Below, piece after piece: positions 32,689-41,480 of a DNA stretch of 64,000 nt (its first letter is position 1; the number at the start of each line of letters is the position of its first letter). Under the pieces are notes generated by a model, which saw only the letters and a program-made list of their open reading frames with translations, searched no databases and was not told the DNA's origin. The stretch lies in sequence record ON568341.1. One strand, 5' to 3'. Position numbers and translations under genes: made by a program.

Positions 32689-33036
32689 TTGATAATGATT
32701 TATTACACTAACGTGTTTGCCTATGCTGTTGCTTGCATTTACATTGTTTACTTCTTATTTGGTGGAGTGCTTTACTTCTTTAAGTACAAAACACTGTTTA
32801 ATAGGATGTATCCAAATCACCCTATCGTAGTTGTACTTTTGATTCTTTCTGTTTCCCAAATAATCGTTGAAACTACAATGGGTATCAGTAGTGTACATTA
32901 TAGCTTCGGTACTATAGTAATTATTACTATGCTTATTGCATACATTTTAGTACTTGGATATGGTATATTTGGTAATGTTGGAATGAAAATGTATCATCGA
33001 ATTAAAACCTTACGTGATAATCTACCGGAGCGTTAA
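32689..33036 (+). CDS. 3-TM membrane paralog
   Basis: Tail LRDNLPER. Confidence 0.85.
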   Translation: MIMIYYTNVFAYAVACIYIVYFLFGGVLYFFKYKTLFNRMYPNHPIVVVLLILSVSQIIVETTMGISSVHYSFGTIVIITMLIAYILVLGYGIFGNVGMKMYHRIKTLRDNLPER

Positions 33037-33037
33037 T

Positions 33038-33382
33038 ATGTATAATTTAAACCTAATCTCATATATTATAACAACACTGTTTACATTCTATGCCTTTGTT
33101 GGTATAATCCTACTGTACTTTAAATTTTATAAAGTGTTTAACCGTTTCTATCCTTCAATGGAGAATGAGTTTTTCTTTGTGTTGTACGTAGGTTACACAT
33201 TAATGGCTACATGTTTCACTGTAGCCGATGGTGTCATCGGCATTAAAACTGATGCACCAAATGGTAGTACGCTGGTTGCATTTATTCTTACCGGATTCCT
33301 TGCAACTTATATTGCCTTCATTACAACATGGTCAGTAGTTGAATTTCTCTTGCGACTACGTAAGAATATGCCGAATCGATAG
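33038..33382 (+). CDS. 3-TM membrane paralog
   Basis: Tail LRKNMPNR; start moved to ATG 33038. Confidence 0.85.
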   Translation: MYNLNLISYIITTLFTFYAFVGIILLYFKFYKVFNRFYPSMENEFFFVLYVGYTLMATCFTVADGVIGIKTDAPNGSTLVAFILTGFLATYIAFITTWSVVEFLLRLRKNMPNR

Positions 33383-33391
33383 GAGACATAT

Positions 33392-33646
33392 ATGTTTGCA
33401 TTGCGTAATAAAGACACTAAAGAATTATTATGTATTGATACCGTATGGGATTGTGCGGGTTCAACTACTGTTCTTGAAGAAGGAACTGGTTGTTGTGTGT
33501 TTGTTGTTCAAGATAAGAATATTCTCGAATCATTACTTGCTGAGTTCAATGCTGGTGATAATCCTAATAGTACTGAATACCCTGAGATTATCAATCCAGC
33601 ACCTCCAGGTTCTTATGAAATCCTACCACTATGGGTGTTGAAATAA
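33392..33646 (+). CDS. hypothetical protein, paralog of 35519
   Basis: MFALRNKDTK vs MYALYNKEKK; YEI near C-terminus. Confidence 0.8.
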   Translation: MFALRNKDTKELLCIDTVWDCAGSTTVLEEGTGCCVFVVQDKNILESLLAEFNAGDNPNSTEYPEIINPAPPGSYEILPLWVLK

Positions 33647-34026
33647 TGCGACAAATGTACAAAGTAACCGAGCTAAACAAGCGTCTGGTTAAACAATCTA
33701 TGTTTGAGGATAAAGAGTCTTACTATAACTTTAAACGTGCTGTAGAGGCTGCTATCCACATTCAGAAGCTTAAAGAACGTGGTTTTATTATTCTGGAAAA
33801 TGGTTCGGAAGTTGTAACGGATGACTTTAGTGTAGCGTTTGATGTTTCACCTGATGGCACGCTATCAATGCCCCGCTTAGGAACTGGAAACATGACTGTT
33901 TGGGTTGGCTTCACTATGGGGAATGTACCTGGTACTGTGTACGTAGATGATGCGGAATTGAAAGACAGTTTCAAAAACTTATCTTATCTGGAACCACAAT
34001 ACGCACATGAAATGAATTTATTTTGA
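33646..34026 (+). CDS. hypothetical protein
   Basis: Start ATG 33646 overlapping previous stop. Confidence 0.8.
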   Translation: MRQMYKVTELNKRLVKQSMFEDKESYYNFKRAVEAAIHIQKLKERGFIILENGSEVVTDDFSVAFDVSPDGTLSMPRLGTGNMTVWVGFTMGNVPGTVYVDDAELKDSFKNLSYLEPQYAHEMNLF

Positions 34027-34027
34027 G

Positions 34028-34055
34028 TTGACAAACACATTCAGTACTGTATAAT
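34028..34055 (+). promoter_or_regulatory. sigma70-like promoter with CAGTACTG box
   Basis: TTGACA-16-TATAAT; leader hairpin GGGATGA/TCATCCC. Confidence 0.8.
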
Positions 34056-34102
34056 GTTTATCAAGGGGATGAACTTCTCATCCCTACAATCGAGGAACGA
34101 CC

Positions 34103-34657
34103 ATGATTACTTTTAAGAAAACTGCTAACCACATCCATGAAATCTACATTAACGGTCACAAAGCTGGCCTTCTTCGTTTACTCAGCCATCATCCTGATGT
34201 TACTGTATCTGATAATGAACCTAAAGATTGGCGTGTCTTTTTCTTTGGGAAGTACAGTGATTTTCAAGTATCAAACCTGAAGAACATTCGTTCAGTATGC
34301 ACGTTAACTGAAATTAAAGAAAAGTTAGTAAAAGCATTGAAAACTAATCCAGATGCAGTTCTTCCACCAGATAATTTTGTAGAGAAAGGTTATGCCTTAG
34401 CTCATTTCAAAGATGGCACTATTCAATCTATCAGTACTGCATATGAATATCAATGGACTGAGTACTTCACTTATGGCTCCCGTGAAACTTTGATGGCTTC
34501 ACGTAGTAAATTGGAAGAAGTAATAACTATTATAAATGAACGTGAACGTCATTTATATGATAAACCTGAAATGTGGAGTTCAACTTACATTGACCGTATT
34601 GACTATGTTATTATGTCTCCAATCTTTGACACTGCTTACTATGATTCTTTGAAATAA
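34103..34657 (+). CDS. hypothetical protein
   Basis: SD GAGG. Confidence 0.85.
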   Translation: MITFKKTANHIHEIYINGHKAGLLRLLSHHPDVTVSDNEPKDWRVFFFGKYSDFQVSNLKNIRSVCTLTEIKEKLVKALKTNPDAVLPPDNFVEKGYALAHFKDGTIQSISTAYEYQWTEYFTYGSRETLMASRSKLEEVITIINERERHLYDKPEMWSSTYIDRIDYVIMSPIFDTAYYDSLK

Positions 34658-34668
34658 GGATAACTTAT

Positions 34669-34845
34669 ATGAAACTTCGTACTCGCAATCGTTTGATGGA
34701 TGCACTGTACCACGAACAATGTACATTGAATGACACAAAGCGTCAGTTAATGTATACATATCAGTTACCAGCCCGTGCTGCGAAACAACGTGCCAAAGAA
34801 TTACTAAAAGAAGCTATCGAGTACTGGGAATCTGATTCGTACTAA
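34669..34845 (+). CDS. hypothetical 58-aa protein
   Basis: Manual translation MKLRTRNRLMDALYHE..; SD AAGGA. Confidence 0.7.
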   Translation: MKLRTRNRLMDALYHEQCTLNDTKRQLMYTYQLPARAAKQRAKELLKEAIEYWESDSY

Positions 34846-34884
34846 TATTACGTGAAATGTCACGTTAATTAATTGAGGCGATAA

Positions 34885-35136
34885 ATGAAAATTTTATTAG
34901 TTCTAATACTACTAGTTGTTTTACCATTTACTTTAGTATCACCTGAACTTGCATGGAATGTGTTTGTGTACTTAGTATGTACTATTGTAGTAAATGGTAT
35001 CTTGTTCTTAGTTCTATTCATAAATGGAATAGGACACGGTGGAGGATGGACCAATACTGCTGATATTGTACATAAAACCACTATGTCTTTATTTGTTGTG
35101 TGGAATTTATTCTGGACTTGGTTTGTGTTCTTCTAA
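34885..35136 (+). CDS. membrane protein (3 TM)
   Basis: Hydrophobic segments, SD GAGG. Confidence 0.8.
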   Translation: MKILLVLILLVVLPFTLVSPELAWNVFVYLVCTIVVNGILFLVLFINGIGHGGGWTNTADIVHKTTMSLFVVWNLFWTWFVFF

Positions 35137-35145
35137 TTAAAAAAT

Positions 35146-35517
35146 ATGAATATAGATTTGAAAGGTGCAACCCGAACTGTTATTCTCATTGGGGAATACG
35201 CTATCAAGATTCCAACTTTCAAAAGCTGGAAGTTATTCTTAACGGGAATGATAGCTAACCTAAATGAACGTTCGTGGATGCAGTACTCCAATCGTAGTGA
35301 CAGTAGTATCTGTCCTACGTTGTGGTCATCATGTACTGGACTAGTAACTGTACAGAAACGTTGTAAGCCAATACATCATAGGGGTTTATTTTGGGTGGAG
35401 TTGTGTGCTTTAGCATTGAATTCAGAGTTAAGTGCTGACTTCTTCTATTCAGATGCGAAGCCAGAAAACTTTGGGTATCTGGGTGGTAAGTTAGTTAAAC
35501 TTGATTATGGAGATTAA
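35146..35517 (+). CDS. minimal protein-kinase-like protein (123 aa)
   Basis: GATRTV..YAIKIP, ANLNE, DAKPENFG, KLDYG in kinase order. Confidence 0.7.
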   Translation: MNIDLKGATRTVILIGEYAIKIPTFKSWKLFLTGMIANLNERSWMQYSNRSDSSICPTLWSSCTGLVTVQKRCKPIHHRGLFWVELCALALNSELSADFFYSDAKPENFGYLGGKLVKLDYGD

Positions 35518-35518
35518 T

Positions 35519-35788
35519 ATGTACGCACTGTATAATAAAGAAAAGAAACAATTTGCTAAGGTTGAAATTTCGATTGATACATTTGATATGTTGGAGTACT
35601 GTATTGTAACGGACCCATATGCTAATTTGTATTACGTTCATGATGACACATCAGTACTGCAACGATTGCTTGAGAGTTCAAAAAGTCAATGTCAGGGAAT
35701 CCATGATGGTTCATCCTATGAAACTCCTGAGTGTTCATATGGCTGTCTGGATGGATATGAGATTGTTAAGTTGGGGATCGTTGAATAA
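35519..35788 (+). CDS. hypothetical protein, paralog of 33392
   Basis: SD GGAG; start moved to ATG 35519. Confidence 0.8.
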   Translation: MYALYNKEKKQFAKVEISIDTFDMLEYCIVTDPYANLYYVHDDTSVLQRLLESSKSQCQGIHDGSSYETPECSYGCLDGYEIVKLGIVE

Positions 35789-35794
35789 AGAAAA

Positions 35795-35827
35795 GGGTTG
35801 ACTTTGGTCAGCCCTTTTTGTTATAAT
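35795..35827 (+). promoter_or_regulatory. terminator-promoter hybrid cassette
   Basis: GGGTTGAC-TTTG-GTCAGCCC-T5; TTGACT-18-TATAAT. Confidence 0.75.
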
Positions 35828-35855
35828 TTTTTCATCGAAACGTGAGGATGAATAC

Positions 35856-36371
35856 ATGACACGCATTAACTTAGTACACGTTAAAGAACTTGCAGACCAA
35901 CATCTGATGGCTGAATATCGTGAACTACCACGTGTATTTGGTGCTGTACGAAAACACGTTCACGCACGTAAGCGTGTACGTGATTTCAAAATTAACAGTA
36001 CTTATCTGTTAGGTTCAGGTCATGTGACCTTCTTTTACGACAAGTTGCTGTACTTACAGAAGCGTCATATCGATATTGTCAACGAATGTTTGCGTCGTGG
36101 GATGAAGATTCAAAATACTGAAGTAAACGACATTAGCAGCTTCCCTGCTGAGTTTTGTAATGACTATGTACCATCGGAGTCAGAGATTAAAATGTCTCGT
36201 GATCGTTTGATTGAGAAGCTCCAGATGAAGCCTACGTGGTATAAGTTTACTGACGTTGAACGTCCACAGTACGTTAAAGATATTCAGGACGTAAGTAGTA
36301 ATATAGAATCTAGTACGGATATGTTAGACGAAATTGAAGAACAAATCAAAAATGAAATGAATAATTATTAA
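35856..36371 (+). CDS. denV: pyrimidine-dimer DNA glycosylase/AP lyase (T4 endonuclease V)
   Basis: [40 protein letters not shown]...ECLRRG. Confidence 0.95.
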   Translation: MTRINLVHVKELADQHLMAEYRELPRVFGAVRKHVHARKRVRDFKINSTYLLGSGHVTFFYDKLLYLQKRHIDIVNECLRRGMKIQNTEVNDISSFPAEFCNDYVPSESEIKMSRDRLIEKLQMKPTWYKFTDVERPQYVKDIQDVSSNIESSTDMLDEIEEQIKNEMNNY

Positions 36372-36409
36372 AGGAAAGGATTGACTTCGGTCACATAAAG
36401 GAACATAAC

Positions 36410-36604
36410 ATGTTATTAGTATATTCAAAGCGTTTCTGGATTTCTTTTATTGTACTATCGCTAATCGGCTTCGGTGTGAGTATGCTCTTTTCGTGGAATG
36501 AATTGGGCACATGGTATTATGAAGTCCCGTGGTACATGAAGATAGCTCCTTGTTACGCGGCTTTGTTCGTATCATTCCTTATTGTTGTCTTCAGCGAGGA
36601 TTAG
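36410..36604 (+). CDS. small membrane protein (2 TM)
   Basis: SD AAGGA. Confidence 0.75.
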   Translation: MLLVYSKRFWISFIVLSLIGFGVSMLFSWNELGTWYYEVPWYMKIAPCYAALFVSFLIVVFSED

Positions 36605-36711
36605 TTGATGTAGTATGTTCTACATCAAAAGTATTTGGATATTTGAGATATAAACATTGACACATGTTCTATCTTTCTGTATTATGTACATCACCAAATG
36701 AGGAATACAAC

Positions 36712-37071
36712 ATGGCATCTTTAAGTGAAATCGCGGAATACAATCCACTAACAATCTCAACAATTCAACGTACAAAAACTTTTTATTTCCGTCCTGTTGA
36801 TGGATGGAAACGTGGAATGAATAGTGACTATCGAGTACTGGAAGATTCACTCATCGAGCGTATCAACTCTGAACTACAGAAGTATGAAGGTGTTAAAGTT
36901 GTACGTTCAACTTCTCGTTATTTTGAGTACTATATTGAGTCTTTAACAGTAAATGAAAACTCATCATCATCTGTGGATAACACTGATATTCTTCGTAATG
37001 CAGTTGGTCTGTTATGCAACATTGCAGAAGAAATGGGATTAACTATCACAACAATGAGTGAAATAGAATAA
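36712..37071 (+). CDS. hypothetical protein
   Basis: SD GAGG; start moved to ATG 36712. Confidence 0.8.
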   Translation: MASLSEIAEYNPLTISTIQRTKTFYFRPVDGWKRGMNSDYRVLEDSLIERINSELQKYEGVKVVRSTSRYFEYYIESLTVNENSSSSVDNTDILRNAVGLLCNIAEEMGLTITTMSEIE

Positions 37072-37078
37072 CAAAAAA

Positions 37079-37111
37079 GGGTTGACTTTAGTCAGCCCTT
37101 TTTGCTATAAT
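37079..37111 (+). promoter_or_regulatory. terminator-promoter hybrid cassette
   Basis: GGGTTGAC-TTTA-GTCAGCCC-T5; TTGACT-18-TATAAT. Confidence 0.75.
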
Positions 37112-37139
37112 CATTTCATCAACTGATGAGGATAACGAA

Positions 37140-37913
37140 ATGAACCGTACAGAGAAAGCACTCCAAATTGAAAAGAACTTCAACTCCATGATGGCAGCAC
37201 TGGAATGTCTTCTTGATACACAAACTAACTCGATCAACTCGCTGATCGTTTCTGGTAAAGGTGGTGTTGGTAAAACTTACAATGTTGACCAACGGTTACA
37301 GAAAGCTGATGACAACTTTGAAATCGACTACAAGAAAATCAGTGGTAAAGTAACTACTGTAGGTCTGTACGAAGCACTGTATCGTTCACGTCATGCTGCT
37401 TCAGTACTGTTACTTGACGACGTTGATATCTTCTCTGATGAAACGAATATTGATTTGCTTAAAGCTGTATTGGATACTTCTGAGAAGCGTGTAGTGTCTT
37501 ATGCTACATCTGCGAAGTACCTGGAACAGCAGGGTATCCCTAAACAGTTTGAATTCCGTGGTAAAGTAATCTTTCTGACTAACAAAAATCTGTCACAGAT
37601 TGCTAAAGGTAAAAGCAGTTTAGCACCACACATTGATGCACTGATTACTCGTAGTATCTTTGTTGACCTGCAACTGTTCACCAACGAAGAAGTTATGATT
37701 CACATTGAGAATATCATGAACAAAACTAACATCCTTGAGAACAATGGTGTTAACAAAAATGGTTGTAAAGCAATTTTGAACTGGATGTTGAGTAATGAAG
37801 ATCGTCTGCGTTCACCTTCACTGCGTATGCCAGTACTGATCGCTGGACTGTATAATAAATTCCCATATGATTGGGAGTCAATGGCAGAGAATATGTTCCT
37901 TGAGAAAATTTAA
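37140..37913 (+). CDS. AAA+ family ATPase
   Basis: Walker A GKGGVGKT, Walker B LLLDDVD, sensor-1 VIFLTN, ALITRS arginine-finger region. Confidence 0.88.
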   Translation: MNRTEKALQIEKNFNSMMAALECLLDTQTNSINSLIVSGKGGVGKTYNVDQRLQKADDNFEIDYKKISGKVTTVGLYEALYRSRHAASVLLLDDVDIFSDETNIDLLKAVLDTSEKRVVSYATSAKYLEQQGIPKQFEFRGKVIFLTNKNLSQIAKGKSSLAPHIDALITRSIFVDLQLFTNEEVMIHIENIMNKTNILENNGVNKNGCKAILNWMLSNEDRLRSPSLRMPVLIAGLYNKFPYDWESMAENMFLEKI

Positions 37914-37966
37914 TTTCCATATTGACAGTACTAACAATGTGTAGTATTATACACTGGAGACACCTG

Positions 37967-38308
37967 ATGCGTATATTTTTTGAATCTAATATAATGCTTG
38001 GTATTACACTGATATACATGTTTGTATTCTTGTTTTATCATTCAATTGTAATTAGTCTTTGGTATTTTAAAAGGAAAATGGTTTTTAAATTATATTCGTA
38101 TGATAATGTATTCTTAGTTGTATATAGTATCATACAAGGTGGATTTGTTCTATTTGGTGTTATGACGTATGTGATTTATAGATTACAAATTGATAACACA
38201 CCATACATTACACAGTATGTTGTGTTCACAGGACTAATCGTATGGTTGTTGGTGTGTATCATGTATTTCATAATTAAAGCTCGTGATAGAATTAAAGGGG
38301 AGTTCTAA
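37967..38308 (+). CDS. 3-TM membrane paralog
   Basis: SD GGAG; start moved to ATG 37967; very similar to 38308. Confidence 0.85.
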   Translation: MRIFFESNIMLGITLIYMFVFLFYHSIVISLWYFKRKMVFKLYSYDNVFLVVYSIIQGGFVLFGVMTYVIYRLQIDNTPYITQYVVFTGLIVWLLVCIMYFIIKARDRIKGEF

Positions 38309-38646
38309 TGTTAGAATTTTTTAAATCAGATGTGATGCTTAGTATTACATTGATTTATATGTTTGGGTTTTTATTTTATCATATACTAGTTGTAGTTCTA
38401 TGGTATTTTAAAAAGAAAATAGTTTTCAAACTGTATCCACCTAGTAATATTTTATTGTTTCTTTACACACTTATTCAAGGTATGTTTGTGATTGTTGGTG
38501 TTATCACTCACTTAATTTATTGTACTAATCCACATTTAAACTCGATAACACAATATGTTGTTTTCTTTGGGTTGTTCATTTGGTTAGTTGTATACTTAAT
38601 CCATCTCATTATTCATGGTAGAGATAAAATTCGCGGAGACTTCTAA
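38308..38646 (+). CDS. 3-TM membrane paralog
   Basis: LWYFKKKIVFKLY..ITQYVVF.GL..RDKIRGDF shared with previous gene. Confidence 0.85.
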   Translation: MLEFFKSDVMLSITLIYMFGFLFYHILVVVLWYFKKKIVFKLYPPSNILLFLYTLIQGMFVIVGVITHLIYCTNPHLNSITQYVVFFGLFIWLVVYLIHLIIHGRDKIRGDF

Positions 38647-38993
38647 TGTTTGAAGCTTATCTTGAGTTTTTAAGGAGTAGTCCAGTTGCACATTCACTTG
38701 CAGGGATTATTCTAACAACTTATGTAACATTTTGGGTAGTTATGTTTATAGGATGGTATTTTAAACGACAATTCTATAAACGTAATGTTGAAGATTTTAT
38801 GAATTCTGCAATTAATCAATCGTTGTTTGCATCAACATTTATTGCATGTATTGTAGCAACACTCACAGGAAAGGTACTACCAGCTTTTTCCGCAGTTTAC
38901 GGTACACTTGGGATGATATGTTTAACTTTTATATTGACCATTAAAATTTGTTGTGTTATGATTGAACTTCGAAACAAGATACCGGAGGAATGA
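38646..38993 (+). CDS. 3-TM membrane paralog
   Basis: GWYFKR; tail LRNKIPEE. Confidence 0.85.
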   Translation: MFEAYLEFLRSSPVAHSLAGIILTTYVTFWVVMFIGWYFKRQFYKRNVEDFMNSAINQSLFASTFIACIVATLTGKVLPAFSAVYGTLGMICLTFILTIKICCVMIELRNKIPEE

Positions 38994-39328
38994 TGGAGTA
39001 CTTTATTGATTTACTACCGTGGTATATGAAAGTTAGTACTTTGTACTATATTATTAGTGCTGGATTCTATTTCCTGATGTGGTTCTTTAAACGACCAATT
39101 TCAGTATTCATCTCTGACAACCTACTGCAATTAAAATTACACGCATGGTTTGGTATGTCCATGATTATGCCAATTATTCATTACTCGATGATTAGTAATG
39201 GTTTTCGTTCTAGTGGTGAGCCAGTTGTAATTGTATTTTATTGGGGTTCAACTATAGTATATGTCGGTTTTCTATTGTTCCCGATCATTCATAAATTACG
39301 TGCTAAAGTTCCTGATGCGAGGTACTAA
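38990..39328 (+). CDS. 3-TM membrane paralog
   Basis: MWFFKRP; tail LRAKVPD. Confidence 0.85.
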   Translation: MMEYFIDLLPWYMKVSTLYYIISAGFYFLMWFFKRPISVFISDNLLQLKLHAWFGMSMIMPIIHYSMISNGFRSSGEPVVIVFYWGSTIVYVGFLLFPIIHKLRAKVPDARY

Positions 39329-39642
39329 TGGATATAGTAACATTGATTTACACGTTGTATTCATTCTATTTTATTATGTGTTGGGTTGGATTTGTATTTG
39401 TACTCAAGATGTTTGATTATGTTGAAAGACAGATAAAAGATTTTTGTATTCCTTTTATCGGTTCAACCATTATTAGTGTTTCTTGTGTGTATTTTTTGGT
39501 GTTTGATCCACCAGATAACACTGCGATGATTGACTTCATGTTACTACCAACCACTATTATTTTTTTATGTAGTCTGATGCCACCTATTAGTCGTGGATTG
39601 ACTGAATTTAGACGCAAACAAAAGCGTAAAAGAGGGATGTAA
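39328..39642 (+). CDS. 3-TM membrane paralog
   Basis: Basic tail RRKQKRKRG. Confidence 0.8.
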   Translation: MDIVTLIYTLYSFYFIMCWVGFVFVLKMFDYVERQIKDFCIPFIGSTIISVSCVYFLVFDPPDNTAMIDFMLLPTTIIFLCSLMPPISRGLTEFRRKQKRKRGM

Positions 39643-40010
39643 TGGAAATTGCTCTTATTATCTTAACTGCTATGCTGTTTATTAGTACTGTGGTTATAAT
39701 TGGTAAATTCTTTTGTGTATCATTTTTAGAAACGGTATACGATGAAATTGCTGATGATTATGAATTACAAGCCGGATTTTTTATTACGTATTGGCTTAGT
39801 TTATTTTGTCTAGTCATTGCTTGGATTTTGCATATCTTTAAATGGGGTATGGTAGATGGTGATCCTGTCATGGGAATTATTGTTCTAGTGTTTGGTATCC
39901 TTGGTGGTGCAGTGCATAATCTGATGGTTATCTGGCAAACTGTTCAATATGTTTTGGTTCCCTATTTTGAAAAGATGCACAGTACAATTAAAAAACGTAA
40001 ACGAGGTTAG
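39642..40010 (+). CDS. 3-TM membrane paralog
   Basis: IGKFFC..Y; tail HSTIKKRKRG. Confidence 0.8.
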   Translation: MEIALIILTAMLFISTVVIIGKFFCVSFLETVYDEIADDYELQAGFFITYWLSLFCLVIAWILHIFKWGMVDGDPVMGIIVLVFGILGGAVHNLMVIWQTVQYVLVPYFEKMHSTIKKRKRG

Positions 40011-40011
40011 T

Positions 40012-40374
40012 ATGAACGGGATAGAATTATCTTTCATTGGTCAATTACTAGTAATGGTGAATACTTTCATTTTCTCATTTATTGCATTGATGTGCATTGG
40101 AAAGTATTTCCACAAACGACCATTATCAAATTTATATGATGTAATAAAAAAGAAATATAGTCCAGCACACACTGTACTTATTAGTAGTTTCAATTTTGGG
40201 TTTGTTGTATTAATAATTGGATTGTTAACATCAACGTCGAATGTACTAATCTTCGGTCTTATGATTTGTTCATTGGTATTAGCAGCAATTATATGTTGTT
40301 TAGTACTGCACCTTGTAGTACTATTATATATAAAGCTCGTTGAAATCCATCAACGTTTAGGGATGAGGAAATAA
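40012..40374 (+). CDS. 3-TM membrane paralog
   Basis: IGKYFHKRP..LY; start moved to ATG 40012. Confidence 0.8.
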   Translation: MNGIELSFIGQLLVMVNTFIFSFIALMCIGKYFHKRPLSNLYDVIKKKYSPAHTVLISSFNFGFVVLIIGLLTSTSNVLIFGLMICSLVLAAIICCLVLHLVVLLYIKLVEIHQRLGMRK

Positions 40375-40375
40375 T

Positions 40376-40747
40376 ATGAGTTACCGTGAGATATTTTCCA
40401 TTATTTCAATTATTATGTTCAGTACTGGAACATTGGTGTGGGTATTATATTTTTTCTGTGTAGCACCAGTGTATAATATGTTATGTAATATTAAATCAAG
40501 TGCTGGATATATTACTTTTATGGTCTTTATGGGATATTATTGTCTAAGCATTTTAGGTGTTGTTTTGGTTGTTATATTAGATGTTGGACCGAATAGGGAT
40601 GGTCTGAAAATGTATGAGTTATTAACTATGTTTGGGTGTATGATACCAACAGCACTAATGTTTGTAGCTATTGGTGGTGGATGCATAAAGTTATACAATT
40701 ATTTAAAATCTATTCATCATTCCATTCACAATAAGCGTATGTCATAA
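40376..40747 (+). CDS. 3-TM membrane paralog
   Basis: LYFFCVAPVY; tail HHSIHNKRMS. Confidence 0.8.
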   Translation: MSYREIFSIISIIMFSTGTLVWVLYFFCVAPVYNMLCNIKSSAGYITFMVFMGYYCLSILGVVLVVILDVGPNRDGLKMYELLTMFGCMIPTALMFVAIGGGCIKLYNYLKSIHHSIHNKRMS

Positions 40748-40788
40748 TAAAAATCCAGTACTGAATAGTACTGGACTAATAAGGAGTT

Positions 40789-41439
40789 ATGATGAAATCA
40801 AAATTAGGTTTGTTTTATGGAAACTACTTCATTAAACAGCGTAAATTCATAAAAAAATACTTCTCTACAGAGAAATCTAGTCCTCTAATTTTTAAAAGAC
40901 CAAAATATAATTTTTACTTAGCTGGTGCTAAACAGTCTAAGAAATTCATTACATTTTTAAATAAAAACAAAATTAAAGCTTCTTATGTTGAAACCAGAAA
41001 GAACTCATCAATAATTCCTGGTGATTTTATTGAATACGGATGTTTCAATATTAAGCACAATGATAACACATACTTTATGGATATTGATTGTAATACATCA
41101 AATCTTTTTAACATTGTAATAAATCCATCAAAACAATATAATGTTTATGGTGATTCAATTATCAAATTAATAAGAAACAAAGATTGGTTTGATTTTGAAA
41201 TAAATGTTTTAGATGAAAACTTTGATGAAGTTCCAGTTAATCCTGAAATATGTGATATATTAAACAGTTTAAAAGGTAGTAGCTACAATATACCATCTGA
41301 TTTAATGTTCCAGTACTCATTAATCCATAAAGATATTGAACAGTACATTATGTGTGCTAAAATCTTGAATTATCTGTATGATGAATTTAAAATGAGTTCT
41401 AAAATAACAGCATATACTCTTTATAATATTTCTATATAA
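40789..41439 (+). CDS. hypothetical protein, EExxFQxS-motif family with basic N-terminus
   Basis: IPSDLMFQYSLIHK; SD AAGGAG. Confidence 0.8.
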   Translation: MMKSKLGLFYGNYFIKQRKFIKKYFSTEKSSPLIFKRPKYNFYLAGAKQSKKFITFLNKNKIKASYVETRKNSSIIPGDFIEYGCFNIKHNDNTYFMDIDCNTSNLFNIVINPSKQYNVYGDSIIKLIRNKDWFDFEINVLDENFDEVPVNPEICDILNSLKGSSYNIPSDLMFQYSLIHKDIEQYIMCAKILNYLYDEFKMSSKITAYTLYNISI

Positions 41440-41480
41440 TTTAAAATATTAAAGCCAGCACAAGAGCACTGGCTTTAATA

